A stretch of DNA of 64,000 nt from Dudresnaya verticillata (GCA_977862235.1 OZ374563.1:620001-684000), one strand, 5' to 3'; shown: positions 13,770 to 28,178, counted from the first letter of the stretch. Numbers and translations: made by a program. The notes: generated by a model from the letters alone, not told the origin.

Positions 13770-15923
13770 TTCTCGATGAAGGAAGTCTCCGGTGCAGAAC
13801 TACGTTTACTCTACGAAGAGGTCATCGATGCGCTTTCCACTGCGTACCGTATCACGCAGCTTTCAATTCGTAATACGCATAATCGAGTTCACGCAGAGTT
13901 CGACAATTTCCGCGCTGGGAAGGTCTGTAGAATCGAAGACTCACTCGAAAGTCTCCGGGATCTCGTCTCGGGAGTCAGCAACCGTTTCCTTGTGCTCGAG
14001 CGCAACGCAACCGACCCCGTGGGCAAAGCGAGTCACTCGCTTCCCCTTCGTAGCTCGCACGCGTTTACGGAGGAACAGTTAAACGCAATTCGTGACACCG
14101 TGTCCGCCGGGTTACCGAAGGAAAAGATTCGAAGTCGCGAAGATCGTCCCGATACACGTCCTGACCCCCGCAATTCGCCGCTAGTTCAATCCGTGCTAGG
14201 TCCGGGTGCCCAATCTAGGATACCGAAAACACGTATCCGAATCAGTCCCCGCGCCCTTCATCGCATCAGGCAACCGATGCCTTCCGCAACCCCCGTATCA
14301 ACCCCGCAGTATTCCGAGATTCGCTTCAAACACCGATATCCCCCGGAGGACCCGTAATCTAAAATCCTTTATCGCTCGAGGGACCCGTGTCATCGTTTTG
14401 GCACTGGGCACCGCTCGAGCCGGGCGTCGAACCGATTCCGACGCTCATTCCCGAATTCGCGCGGGCCTTTAGCTATTGATCGTGTCGACTCACGAATTCG
14501 TCACCTCGGGATAACCAACACGAAGTATTCCGAGGTAACACATCGAAAACGGTTTCGTGCATGCGTTCGATGATACCGAGACTCGAGAAGTTTACGGGAC
14601 GCGATCCGATTAAGGTTCTCGCATTTCTTCGTGATATTCGACAAGCGCTGAACGGAGTCGGGCTCACTCACCGAAGGAGCAGCAGTTCGAACTATTTCGT
14701 GGTTCCTCGACGAGACCGCGCTCAAGGTGTGTCAACACTATGCCTTCGGAGGCGTTCTTACTGGCAACCCGGTTTGCTGTTCCGCTATCGTGAACATATT
14801 GCTACAACGATTTCTCATGGAAGACGTAATCGCTGACGCACCCGATCGCGTGATTACCGCGAAGCAGAAGCCCGAAGAAGCCGAGATGGAATTCGCAACC
14901 CGTCTACAAGGCTACACGGATGTCTGCTCCGGTGTCTACGATTAATCTTCGTTAACACACCAATTTATTCGTGGACTATTATCTACTACATATCCTATCG
15001 TGGCCGACCAGGTTCTCCGATTACCGTTGTCCGAGCAAAAGAACTTCATGAGCGTACAACGAATCGCGCAAGCCGAAGGTATGGCGTGCCGAGCTCGCGA
15101 ACAACGTGACACCGCGGCCCAACAGTCGCGCGTGATTCGAAGAACCGAGCGTCTGCTACGTACCCGAAGAGTCGCCAAGCGCCCGGACGCACGATACTTA
15201 TCGAAGCTTGCGACACTCCTGGGAGTGAATTCGAGTACCCGATGAACGAATATCCGCAAATGGCCGTGATGATGATTCCTGCAGGAACAGGGTCCACCTC
15301 CGTTGCACCGAATACTTCGACAACGGTCTCCGTGGACGATAAGTTAGATCTCACGAGTCGCAGCGAGCGTTCCGTATCTGCACTTGTCCTCCCGATGACC
15401 GCGGAGTAGATCGAGATGGCGCGTTCGATGATCCCGAAGAACCAGGATGCGTGGCCGTGTTGGTTCTGTCGCGAAATCTTTCACCTAATGTATTCGTGTC
15501 CGTATCTCTCGAAGGAGCAAAACCTCTACTGCGCGTATCAGAACTATCTCTGTCAACTCGAGACGAGACCGTATACGCGTAATAACTTCTTGAATCGCGG
15601 TGCCGCAAGAGGTAATTCGTTCGCGTCCGTTGACAATCGAGGTCACCGTGGATAAGACTCCCGAGGATCGCGTGACAATCGCTTAAACCGAGACCTCCGT
15701 CGAGGCCATACACGCTACCAGAGGGGAAGAGCCCATCGTGAAGTCAGCCTTTGAGCGTCGAGGGCCGCCGACCGTCCTCCGCAATCCGAGACACGCGCAG
15801 GCCCCGGGCCGTCAATCGGTTCTCGCAGTCCGTGAAAACGTTCACGCGATTGAGCCGAGTCACCCGAATCTGCCCTCGGAGGCTTACGAAGACGTCGCGA
15901 GTAACGGAAGAGGTGATCGATAA
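13770..15923 (+). pseudogene. gag: gag of element B (fragmented)
   Basis: KFTGRDPIKVLAFLRDIRQAL and AKQKPEEAEMEFATRLQ match gag motifs of A and C. Knuckle CWFCREIFHLMYSC near 15456-15500. Confidence 0.75.
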
Positions 15924-16171
15924 ACCACCCCTTTGGACGCGGACGCTCGTAATTCGGATTCTAGTTCGAGTTCGGAAAACGAGTAAAGGCGAAGACGCCC
16001 GTTGTGTCGCGTACTTCGTCTGAATCCATTCCCCGAGACACTCCGCATATTCCGATTCCGAGAGCCGCTGCGATGCGAAGGAAGCGCGCTGCACGACGAC
16101 GAGACCGAAAGTGATTTCGAGTCCTCGCGAAAGCCGCTTCGTGCGAAAACAATTCGAAGAAGATACCGATC

Positions 16172-19100
16172 TTGAAGATCGAACCCGAAGTTACCACCGA
16201 GGGATACGTTTGCTCGATAATTTCGGAGATCTTCCTCGTGACCGGATCCATTGGCCTCGATGCCTCCGTAATGACGCCGCATACGATTGCAGTCGATACG
16301 TGTTCCGGTTACAACCTAATAGCCCGGGCTGCGTTACCCATCGGTTGGGAAGCGAACGCGTCCAAGATGGAATCAGCTCCGAGGCTCGCGTCCGCTGATC
16401 GCACCCCGTTGCGACTCGATGGTATCGTTTACCTGACAATTCGCCTTGGAAACGTTCGATACCGCGTACCCTTCGTGGTTGCGGAGAAATTCGCAGTCGA
16501 CGTTCTCCTTGGAACTTCATGGATGGACGCGCATTTACGAAGCATCGAGCTCAGCCCACGGAGGCTCTTCACGAAGAGTGGAAGCGCGATTCCGATTATC
16601 AATCGCATTGCTGTATCGGCTCCGCCCGCAATTAACTCGAAACATCCGAAGCACAAATTCGAGAAAACACTATCGAAGCGACATCACCGCGACCTCCACG
16701 ATTGGGACCGAGACACCCCCACCATTCGTTTGAACCGCCGCTTCAAAATACCGAGTTATTCGCAGAAGCTAGTCACCTTGACCTCGGAAGCACTCAGGCT
16801 AATTCATATCGAACCGAAACCTTCGTTACAACACCGACACGGAGTACGGTTAACGAACGGGATACACGAAGTCTGCCCGAATCGCGAGTTTTCGGCGGTG
16901 GTGGCGAACTTCACGGATAAGCCTGCAGCTCTACCGAAAGGAACCGTCATCAGATACGCAGCTCGAAACCGCTCGCGATTTCTACACCCGATCGCGAAAT
17001 CGCGGGTTCATTGGCCAAGGTCCTCAACATCTCTACCTTATGTGGTCACGACGACTCGAAGTCAGCCGAAGAATCCGTATCCACGAAGGAAAACAGCTCA
17101 CGAAGGGCGCCGCGACTGCAGCAGCCGAAGCCACTTCGAGGTCCCGCGATTGGGAAGACCGCGTAGACCTTTCGAACATACCCGACGAAACTATGCGAAA
17201 CGAGGTCCTCGAGATGCTATGTAAGCACGAATCGATGTGGAATAGAGACCTCGGAACGATCACAGCCACGGAGCATCGGATCGATCTACAACCCGGGACT
17301 CTACCCATTCGTTCGATGCCCTACCGTCAAGGGCCGCAATACGCAAAATCGTCCGTAACGAAATCGACTGTATGCTTAAAGCCGGAGCAATCGAGCCAGC
17401 CACCGGTGGCCGAGGCCTCGGAGTGGGCGTCCCCCGTAGTCCTGGCACCGAAGAAAGACGGAACACTTAGTTTTTGTGTAGATTACAGAAGAAGCAATAC
17501 GAAGACACTATCAGACGCGTACCCGCTTCCCCGGATGGAAGATTGTATCGATTCACTCGGAGACGCTTCAATTTTCTCGACACTCGATTGTAACAGCGGG
17601 TACTGGCAGATTCCGGTTGCCCCGGAAGACCGCGATAAGACTACGGTTACTTCGTTTCTCGGAACTTATCGTTATCTTCGTATGCCCCTCGGATTGAAAA
17701 ACGCACCGGCTACGTTTCAACGTGGACTCGATATCAATATATCCGGAGTCCGTTGGCAGTGCTGTCTCGTTTACCTCGATCACGTGATCGTTTTCTCCGC
17801 GAATCTTCGTGAATACATCGCGCACCTCGATCAAGTCCTCACGCTACTTCGTAACTCCGGGGTCTCGCTCAAGATGAAGAAGTGTTTCCTTTTCCGCAAA
17901 CGAGTCGACTATCTCGGACACGCAATTTCTCCGAGGAAGCTCAGTATGGCCGACAAGAGCTCCGAGGCATTCCGATACGCGAAGTTCCCGAAGAAACTCA
18001 CGGAAGTCCGTTCTTTCCTCGGCGCGTGTAACGTATACCGAAGATTCGTGGAAGACTTCGGGAAAATTACGCGACCGCTGACGAACATGACACGAAAGGA
18101 TGCCGATCCTGACTACGAGAATCCCACGGACGATCAGGTTGCCGCATTCGAAACGCTCAAACGGGAGCTCATGTAACCGCCGATACTCCGGTTACCGCAA
18201 CTCGGGAAACGATGCGTCATCGATACGGACGCGTCTGCGTATCAACGCCGGTGCGCATTGCTACAGGAGCAAGATAACGAAGAGTTCCAACCGGTGGGAT
18301 ACTGATCTTATTCGTTAAACGAAGCCGAGAAGAACTACTCCGCAACCGAGCGCGAATGCTACGCAGTCGTATGGGCGGTTTCTTCGTTACGTCCGTATAT
18401 CGAAGGGACCCGGTTCACCGTGCGTACTGACCACGACGCGCTCCGCTGGCTTCTTTCTCTCACCGATTCGTCAGGGCGACTCACGCGATGGAGGCTGCTC
18501 TTAGCTGAATTCAACTTTGAAATAGTGTATCCCCCGGTCGCGTCCACCAGATTCCCAATGCCCTCTCGCGATTGTTACTCCCGCATCGCGAACAACCCGT
18601 AGTCGACGACGAAGTGCCTACGTTTGCCTCGGATCAAAACACCGGAAATAACGAAGCACGCTTCCGAAAAGACGTCCCGAAAACTATCCAAAAAGCAAGA
18701 GACCCGGTTCTCATCAATACGCGATCTCGCAAACGTCAATCGAAAGTTACGGTGATTCTCCACGACTCCATGCGGACGACTACGCCCTCAAAACGGGTAA
18801 TTCGAGCAGGCACTACGCAAAGACCCACGGAGGTCCCGAAAGATTACGAAGCTCACCATCCTCAAAGCCACGAAGGTTACGCCCACGCACACTATGGAGA
18901 TCTACGTGATGAATACGCAGGACAAAACTATGTCTACGATGACTGCGATTTATGGGACGATATCGATGAAGATGATCCGTTTGACCTTTACCAAATCGAT
19001 CCTAACGACGAACCGCGTGACCTAACCGACGTCAAACCCGTAGACCTAACCGCGCCGATTACCGTATCCGAAATCCTCGAGGGACAGCGTATTGATTCGT

Positions 19101-20603
19101 TCTGCCAAACGGTGCAAGCACGACAATCGAAAACGAAGGATAGTATATTTCCCGAAGATGGAGACGGTCTCCTGCGATGAACGCATCCGACAATTCCGAA
19201 GTTAATGCAAATCGTATTGCCCGAAACGCTCCGACCGCGGTTACTTACGCTAGCGCATCATTCGTTACTAGCTGGCCACCTGGGGCAGAATCGCATGTTC
19301 TACTCACTTCGTTGAACGTATTGCTGGCCTTAAATGGCTTCCTATATCGCATCTACGGTCCGAAGTTGCAAGCACTACCCGAGAAATCGGATTCGCTTAC
19401 GAAGGAACATTCATCGCTTGAAGCTCCTCCCCGCTACGCGCCCACTCGATTCGGTCGCGATTGACATCTTAGGCCCGTTGCCACGAACGAAATCCGGACG
19501 CAAGTTCATCCTCGTGATTACAGATCGATATTCGAAGCTGACCCAGGTGGCTATACTACAAGTCATAACCGCGTATTACGTCGCAGTCGCGTTTTGCGAA
19601 GTTTGGATCTTCAAGTATGGACCGCCAGCCTCGGTGCTCTCCGATAACGGAAAACAATTTACTTCGAAGTTCTTTCAGGGCGTCTGCCGCCTACTCGGGT
19701 TAACGAACGTGTTCACCTCCGCATATCATCCGCAAACGAATGGACAAACCGACCGACGTAACCGGACTATCCTCTCGCTGCTTCGAAACTACATGAACGA
19801 CCACAAAACAATTGGGACAGATATGTCTCCCCGTTAACGTGTTCGTACACTTACCACGATCATCGGTCTACGAAGACAACTCCGTTCCATCTCGTTTTAT
19901 CGCCACCGCCGCCCGAATTCACCGTCAAGCATCGCTCCGGTAAGCACCGACCGAAATCCACGGAGTATATTCCAAACGATTTAATTAAGAGACTCGATGT
20001 CACAATCACCTCCGCAAGAACTTCGTTACAACGCATGAAAAACCGATACAAGCGCGACTTCGACAAATGCATCCGACGCACGAAGAGCCGCGTCAAACCC
20101 GGAGACTACGTGTTCCTCGATACCCACGATGGGAAAACGAAACTTCCGAAGTTGAAATCCCAGCGGACGGGCCGTACAAAGTGCTCTTCAACGATACGCG
20201 TACACTTGTGAGCGATCGCAAGGGCCTCGTTGAAAGCGTCTCCGCGGCCCGCTGTATCTACACGCCACCACCTCCGATTTCGCGACCGTCCATTACGAGA
20301 CCCGAAGACATTGCGGAAAAGGTCAACGAAGGCCCCGAGTACATTGTAGATCGTATCCTCGATCACTCGACGGACGAAGACGGGAAATTCGTGTTTCGTA
20401 TCAAGTGGGACGGCTACGCGATGCCTACGTGGGAACCTCGTACGCACGTGCCGGAAGAACTCGTTTCGCGCTACTTCGCAAGGCTTCGAAGCCAAGCGTA
20501 CCCGCATGATCCCGTGCTACTCGCCCACGAATGGATCTCCGACTGGGACCCCGTCTGGTTTCGTGGCCCCGACTTTGTGATCCGCAACCCGCAGCCCGAA
20601 TAA
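16172..20603 (+). pseudogene. pol: pol of element B (fragmented)
   Basis: Protease AVDTCSGYNLI; RT WASPVVLAPKKDG, LDCNSGYWQ, YLDH (mutated YLDD); RNase H TDHDALRWL; integrase AIDILGPLP, SDNGKQF, YHPQTNGQ; chromodomain EYIVDRILDH...FRIKWDGYAMPTWEP. Confidence 0.93.
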
Positions 20604-20788
20604 CGCCTACGCCCACTCGAGTCGTCCTACTAGAAGCTACCAGTCGCCCCACCAGTTGTCCCGTGCTGACAGATCACTGCGATCGAGGACGGAAATATAC
20701 CGCAGGGATGTAACATTGCGAGAACGTTTCTCGAGTTGTCCGAACTGGAAAGAAAAGACGGGTAGGGTGGGGCACGCTTCCCCATTTG

Positions 20789-23700
20789 TTACGCATGAAA
20801 ACGTACCTTGCGTCTTTCTGCTTCATTGGGGATAGCATACGCTAGCACATGATCTTGAAGAGAGCATAACTGCAGATGAAAACCTCCAAACGTAAGTATC
20901 TTCCCGAAATAGAGGCTTCTGAGATACGTACCATAACCAGTCCTGTGCAAACGACAGAGGATGTCAACATTGCGATGGCATGCACATTGCTCCATCCGCC
21001 GATCGATGTCCGTTTGTGCGAACGGCCGCCAGCCAAATGCGACGCCACTTGAATGTCGCGTACGCGAGATGCTGGTGTTGTTTCGCAAATAGACATACCA
21101 CAGAGATAGGTTAGGTAGGGAAGTACTCTCTGTAATCGCGAACAGAGGAACATGATCTTCCTCCAAACTGTGGTCAGAATCTCTGACATTTAGCCCAGGC
21201 TTCAAGTAGCCTAAACCAAGCTTCGCAAACCTCAACGACGTGAGAACTCACCATTAAAGTGGCAACGTTTGCCAATTGTTACGAAAGCCCGATTAACAAG
21301 GCCGAAAGCGAGCATTGCAGCATGATCTTGCTCGAAAATGTGCGCAGACTGTTCCATGTAAGTTGGCTAGCTACTCAAGTGGCTGAATCCGAACGGAGCT
21401 TGGAGAGGCCTAAGAGATGCTTCTCAGATATTAATGACTTGATAACTTACCGGTCAACAAGACGACACGCTTCTCCACCACTTCACTCGGTAGATCCATT
21501 CGAAGCGGCTGATGGGGCAGATTGTCTGCATGCCGACGACTGTGTCGAGTGCCGCCGCGGCTGCAGTCCCATGCGACGGGAAGTCCTATGAAGAAGATTT
21601 GACAATGTGATGTTCTAGAAATCGTTTCCTGGATGCATTCAAAGGTCGCCCGCAGGTGTGTGCGCGCGCACAGGCGGGCAAAAGGGCACCCAACATCTTG
21701 CGGGATCAATGTACTCCCGAAAGTCCGCGTACGCGGAACATTTGAAATGAGATCCATGCCGAAAAGCGTTGTCTGCAGACAGACAACGCCCCACTGTACT
21801 GCATCCAGAGAGGGTTGCAACCGCAAAGATGCTCTCCTGGTTTGAAACGAACGTTCTCTTTCGACACGTACTTGCAACGTATTATTTCTGTGTTACCATT
21901 GGCTAGCGCTGTTATGGTGAATAGCACGATGATGATCTCAGCGCACACATCAAAATTTGTGGTCAAAAATATCTCCACGTAGTGTGGCATGCATTGAATA
22001 CCTGTGCGGGTATGATAGCCGTGCGCACGTGCCATAACGCCTCATACTGTTGGCCAGATGAGGTTTGCCTGATTTCCACGAGGGAATTGCCCGCATGCGT
22101 CCATGGCGATGCAGTGCATCAGGATTCGATGGACGTCCATTGAGTACTCAGGATGAAGACGACTTTGAAGAGTGGCATCGATTTGGATTGCAGTTCAATG
22201 CATCCATCGGATGATAGAAAACAATAATATAGTCTTGCGTTTTCAATATTGTTACGGGAGAAGCTCATTTCCGATCGGAACTGCTCGAGCACTATTGTAC
22301 AAGGTTAGCCGCATGGAGACAATTGTGAAGTTCTGTTCTAGTCTATTTCCTTCGGGCTTGCAATCCTACATTTTTATCGGAACTACCGGCGAGCACTTTA
22401 AACAAAACGTCATCATTGGCTAAGCCACCTATTTCGCCACAGAGATATTGCCCTACCACTTGGATAAACGACAGCGAAATTTCAACAGTACCGAATACTT
22501 CTGCAGCGTTCGCTCTTTCTCTCGACCAAGTCCGTAATGACGCATCAGGAGCCCTTTTCCCAGAAATTGTAAATGCGTTCAGTTCTGAAATGGGCCACGC
22601 GAGTTTTTGCTCCTGTTCCTGCTTCAACACAAGCTCATGGATAAAACGACTCTCTACAATGTTCCAATCTCTGCTTTTTCGAAGTAATACAGGATATTTC
22701 CGCTTGAATTCCTCATTAGTGCCATCGCCCGCTGAGTTGTCTTGAATATGTGAATGTCGTGGAGGGTACACAACGTTGGGTGCAAAGCTCGAGGCGATAT
22801 GAATTCTAGAAGCTTGTTGCGAGTCTGAATCAAACTCATACGATCACCATATCCTGAGTAGATCTCCTGTCGGTGAGGAGCCACATTTCTCGCACATTTC
22901 CAAGCGATCCGTAACGGAGTTAATGCCAATACAATCTCACAAGTGCGCAAAAGACAGAAAGGCAAGTGTGAACGAAGTGCTTCCCGATGCTGGGACTTGC
23001 GTATGGGAGAACGCCGGATCGAAGTGTATTCGCATACCGTTTGGTCTCGTCTTCATTTCTCGTGCCATACACTCGAACTGCTGTAGATTGCAATCCACTC
23101 TTACCTTGATCGTTCCCTGAAGTACTACGTCTACAGATACTCCCCTGTTCACTTGACTGCCCTGAGCTCTTCCCTTCTTCACCGGGTTCCCGTATGTACT
23201 GTCTAAATGGGGACCTGCATTCTGATTGCGAGTTTGTGCCGCAGTCGAGTGGTCACGCATCCAGCAGAAAGACATGGCATCGTCGAACCTCACGCGCTGA
23301 GACCACGAGGTAGGGAAGATTGCTCCACTCTGCACAATCTCTGCGATTGAAGCACGAGTTCTCGTTTCACTCTTTCCAGTTCAACCGTCACGTGTGCATG
23401 TGCCTCACGAAGCCTATCCACTTCCGTACTACGAAAGGAAGGGTCTGTACATTTCCCATCGCTCTTGGGTCCCACACTTTCTACTCTAGAATTCGTATGA
23501 AAAGATTCCCCCCAGTCAGCATTCGACTCGGACTCCGGCTCTGTTGCACCTCCGAGATATCGCGCATAGCGCCAAGAAATCGTCGGATGGGATAGGCTTT
23601 CGGGATCGGCTGACACACCGTCATTATTACCAGAGAACGCAATACTCGGAGCGACTTGTAGCAAATAGTCTTCCAGAAACAGGACAACGGAAACATATTC

Positions 23701-24020
23701 AGGCCAGTGCTCACTGCTTGGGTAGCGTATCGTTCCGCGAGCAAGACATTCCCTGTGATTCAGTTCTGATTCTTCTTCGTCAAACATATGAACGAAGTCT
23801 GCAAGGCACCATTGATCCGGACATCCGGAAAGTGTCTCGATGGACCACAACACTTCTATGAAGTCGTTCTTTCGCGGTACCGCATACTATTTTGTTGCTC
23901 TTCGAGTTCTTGAAGCGGTAATACTTGGATCTCTCGTCACAATCTTTACGTGAACACGCGTGTGCGTGACGGCCGTCTATTCGATCAACTCAAAATTCTT
24001 CTTCAGTACCTTGAGCATCA
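20789..24020 (-). pseudogene. Fragmented gene of unknown function
   Basis: Chain of minus-strand ORF pieces (23290-23853, 22937-23335, 22343-22771, 21706-22035, 20789-21235) with protein-like sequence, including a short coiled coil. No family recognised. Confidence 0.35.
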
Positions 24021-24025
24021 TGTTA

Positions 24026-24084
24026 ACCGGTAGGCCATGGTGCACCATGACCATGATGGTCATGGTGAACCATGGCCTACCGGT
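24026..24084. repeat. 59-bp near-perfect palindrome
   Basis: ACCGGTAGGCCATGGTGCACCATGACCAT-G-ATGGTCATGGTGAACCATGGCCTACCGGT: 29-bp arms with 1 mismatch and a 1-nt centre. Confidence 0.95.
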
Positions 24085-25162
24085 AGGATTACTTGAACCA
24101 GAAGATTTATATGAATATAGCTATACGTATACTGAAAAGAGGAGACAATCTCGAAGACTCGAACGCGACTGCCTCTGGTTTTTCGGAGAGAAGCTCTTGC
24201 TGTCTCAGCGGAGATCTTCGGTGTGCATGTATATAATCAGTATACAGTCCAACAAGGCACTGTCCTGAACCAAAAAAGACACGCGAGCGTTCAAGGCTTT
24301 TCTAGGCCACAGAAGCCACCATATACTACTGGCCCGTGCCAGTACGACATAAATGCTTCATTTTGATCGCTTCTGGCTTCCGAAGTGTGCTAAGACCACT
24401 AAAACATATTGCATTGAGACGACATTGGCATGCTTCTGAGCAGCAGTGCAGATGGAACATGCACCAAATGAGATTCAGCTCCTGAGATGATCACATTGAT
24501 CGCATATTGAATGCTCGGTTGCTCTGACCTGTCGAAACTCCACGTTCGTGACACTCGTGTCTGCTGTTGAAGCGACACTGTTTTTGCTCCTCATCTGCAT
24601 CCAAGTCCCTATGGGGCCCCATCCGTCCGGACTGGGCTTCGCGACAGATAAATGCTGAATAAGGAGGGGCGCTGGATGAATCGATCCAGTACCCTGTGCA
24701 ACACTCTGAAGTTGGGATCTCATTTTCCTGTAATGATTCTATTTGTTCTTCCGCCTTTCTGGGTGTGACTGAGATTGTCCGTGGTGTCGCGCCATCGTCG
24801 GCATCGATACGTTAAATGGAACCAATTCAATAGTCTTTATTGAGAACTTTGAATCGCAATTGATCGCATTGCTGGTCCATCGTGCATTAATGCAGTGTCA
24901 GGTACCTGATCCTTGCTTGCGACCTCTCGAATTCCCGCCAACACAATGGCGCGAGAGCAATACCGAAAAACGAACCATTGAGAGACAGATACTGGACAGG
25001 CAATTTCACTGAATTCATGACCTCATGAGGCCTCAAGAGCAGTTCTGCATATAACCTCTGGTACAGTATGGTCACGAAAAAGAAGGCTAGTAATAGTTCA
25101 TCTGCGAAACCGTGACTGGGAACGAGTAAGGTACCTTAAGGTCCAACACTATTCAGCTGTAC

Positions 25163-27666
25163 ATGATGAAGGGTCGCTCGACAGCTCGCAAGAAGACAGC
25201 TTCCGCAAAAAAGATGAAGGCTTGTCAAGATGCTGCCGCGGTCCAACGCGTAGCGTCCGCATCTAAGGCTGTTCAGTCTACTAGAGTTTCCCCTCGATCA
25301 AGATCAAAAGGTACAGATTCACCAATTCAAGACGTTTGTTGTATTGAAAACGAGCATTCGCAAACTACGGCGGAGGAATAACCATTTACAGTAGCTCGAG
25401 CGGGTGGCGACAACCACACCCAAAACATTATCCGTGTCAAACGGCGACGTGACCGCGCGACGCTCGTCGTCCGGTTCCGGTTCGAATAGAATATTGGCTC
25501 CATCCCCTGAGAAGCCTGAAATGGAAACGAGTAATGGTGACATGCCAACAAGGAAACGAAGGTCTTTGAAGACCCCGCTTTCCAACTCGAGATCACAAGA
25601 AAGGTCAGCGTCTCAGCGTACGCCGCAGAATCGCTCCCCTGGAAAAGGGAACCCTTCAATCCTTGAAACCGACAACGATAATTAAGATAGTCGCTCTGCA
25701 ACACGCAGCGATGAGGTGAAAAATAATACAGATGATGAGGATGGGGAGGATGACTTGTTGGCTCCGCTCTCGTGCCGTGGATTGCCACCGACCGGATCTG
25801 GTTCTCAAAACGATGGACATGGCGTTCGACACCCTGGGCGAATGGACAATGAAGGTCTTTCTGCAGAAACGTCAGTTGAAACTCCGGATCTTCGAGATAT
25901 CCCTTTCTTTAAGGTCTCGCGTCCGCGGTTAGAAACATGTCCATCGGACCACTCAGACTACGCTGCGAAACAGATTTCCACGAGCAACGGCAGCAGAAGA
26001 ATGCTTCAGGCTTTTAGGAAAGAACTTTTGGAAGGTTTCAGGCTGCAAAGCCGGGAGAATCTCCAGGTTAGTCGGAAAATGCTTTGACATTGTCAAGCAT
26101 CTGGAAGGAGATGTTGCTGATCTTCGTGGAAACGTGAATATGCTAGGGTCGAATGTGAAAGTGGGAGGCACTTCGAACGCATCCAAACGAATCACAGCTG
26201 CTCAATTCCGAAGAAAATTGGATTCATTGACACCATCTATGAACGCTGTGTTTTCTTCCAGTCTCCTTTCCCGCGTTCTCGCTTACAACGTTCCTATCTT
26301 TGTGAACAGAACATTTCGCTCGAAAGAAGGCAGCGTCGAAAGAAAGTCAGCAGCTGTGATGGCCGCTTTTCTGTTCAGCTTACAGCCCAAGGAAACTCGC
26401 AACTTATGGGAGACGGGAATTGGAAAACTGCATGGCGACTTCCGCTGCACAGTTGTACGCAACCTTTTCTTTAACGTATCCAAAAGACATATTTCACTTG
26501 TTCAGAGAAGAACATTCTTACAGCGGAAGAGTGTACGGATCTGTGAACAGTCTAAGTGACCGGAAACAAGCTGCACATAAATGGGATAAGTCATTTCGGA
26601 GTTCTCCAATACGGAAAGGCGAGAAAATCGGTTCGTTGCAGCGAAGCGATCAAGCAAAGATAGCCCGTCAGAAGTGGCTCGCCCCCGGATATGTCAGTTC
26701 TGACAACGTTCTCCAGGCTCGGGTTATCCAGGAAAGAGTCAAGAAGAGTCGAGATGGATCCTGTTCAGGGCTTTCTGTAAAAGAAACACCCACACGAGAT
26801 GCCATCGATACTCATGGAGCACTTCGAGTTTATCGAGTTCTCGGATCACACCTCCACGCCTCCCGTGAGAACGTCAAGCAATCCTTCTTTCATAACTTAG
26901 GATTCCTTCTCGTTCCATGGAATGATCTCGGAACCAAAGCCATACAGGCTACTTGCGAAATGAAATGGGCTGACCCTTCGTTAATTCAAGCGTCCCCTAC
27001 GGAAAGTGACACGGATACAGTTGGCACCTGGTACGTTTTCAGAATGGAAGATGCGCCTAAACCATCGGTTTGCCCTGCAGGGAGTGATGCAAAACGTATT
27101 ATGGAAGCGGACGCTGAGAATAACCGAATCATGAAAGGCTGTTTGAGAGCTGGGGTTACATGGTACTATACGCAAGTTGTCAGGTTCAAGTGGTATCGGG
27201 TTCTGGTAATCAGAAGAGAAACGACAACACTGAACGCAAGGTATTGTCTCGTGCTATCAATATGGTTGAAGTGTCGCTGTCATTCATCGTGGAGTATTGC
27301 CACGCACCAGACATTTCATTGTTCCTGCGAACGCATGAATATTCCTTTCAGTGCATCATGGTGATCGCGAACCTATTCAAGAGCCTGACTGTACAGTTTC
27401 TGAACAAGAGTCATTTGAGAGCTGGTCAAGTATGCTCGCCGTCAAGTGTTGTATCAGGCGTTCTCAGCTTCCAGGATTTACTCCCCGGTGAGTACAACCG
27501 GAAGTCTCTTTTTGAGAACAAATGCGTACGCATGACTATGAAGGAGGATGACAGGCTACATTACGCTAGGACGGAGGAAGATAACCCTAATGATGATACT
27601 CAGGACGGTGGAGCAAAGGGGAAGGAGATAGCTGAAGACGATGATGAGGGTATAGGGTGTATTTGA
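25163..27666 (+). pseudogene. Fragmented gene of unknown function, convergent with the transposase (possible CACTA accessory gene)
   Basis: ORF chain 25163-25381, 25404-25685, 25716-26087, 26134-26559, 26420-27364, 27160-27666. Basic Ser-rich N-terminus, coiled coil, helical region, acidic C-terminus. Confidence 0.55.
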
Positions 27667-28131
27667 AGACTTTGAAAAGGCAGCATGTCATGAAGTGGAG
27701 CAAAGGGGAAGGAGATAGCTGAAGACGATGATGAGGGTATAGGGTGTATTTGAAGACTTTGAAAAGGCAGCATGTCATGAAGTGGAGCAAAGGGGAAGGA
27801 GATAGCTGAAGACGATGATGAGGGTATAGGGTGTATTTGAAGACTTTGAAAAGGCAGCATGTCATGAAGTGGAGCAAAGGGGAAGGAGATAGCTGAAGAC
27901 GATGATGAGGGTATAGGGTGTATTTGAAGACTTTGAAAAGGCAGCATGTCATGAAGTGGGGCAAAGGGGAAGGAGATAGCTGAAGACGATGATGAGGGTA
28001 TAGGGTATATTTGAAGACTTTGAAAAGGCAGCATGTCATGAAGTGGAGCAAAGGGGAAGGAGATAGCTGAAGACGATGATGAGGGTATAGGGTGTATTTG
28101 AAGACTTTGAAAAGGAAGCATGTCATGAAGT
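27608..28131 (+). repeat. Tandem repeat, 87 bp x 6
   Basis: Units start at 27608, 27695, 27782, 27869, 27956 and 28043. About three single-base differences in total, no spacers. Confidence 0.98.
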
Positions 28132-28178
28132 AAACACAATCGTTTTTAACATAGGAGGTTGTTCAGATATACATGTAT

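Larger units (their letters stand above)
13650..20750 (+). mobile_element. Decayed Ty3/Gypsy element B, gag-pol portion (no 5' LTR found)
   Basis: Fragments of gag, PR, RT, RH, IN and chromodomain in Gypsy order, with many stops and frameshifts. Distinctive CGA/TCG-rich composition. Boundaries are approximate. Confidence 0.88.

Noticed and set aside
13518..14357. 279-aa secreted protein with signal peptide
   Set aside because: Chimeric frame: the N-terminus is the antisense of the 13182-13630 fragment and the rest is element B leader/gag.
20747..20772. PPT and 3' LTR of element B directly after pol
   Set aside because: A purine-rich tract is present, but no TG-initiated LTR-like sequence follows.
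27608..28131. CRISPR array
   Set aside because: Contiguous 87-bp units with no unique spacers, no cas genes, eukaryotic TE context.
27587..28139. Two 179-aa repeat proteins on the minus strand
   Set aside because: Artefacts of an 87-bp unit that lacks stops in those frames.
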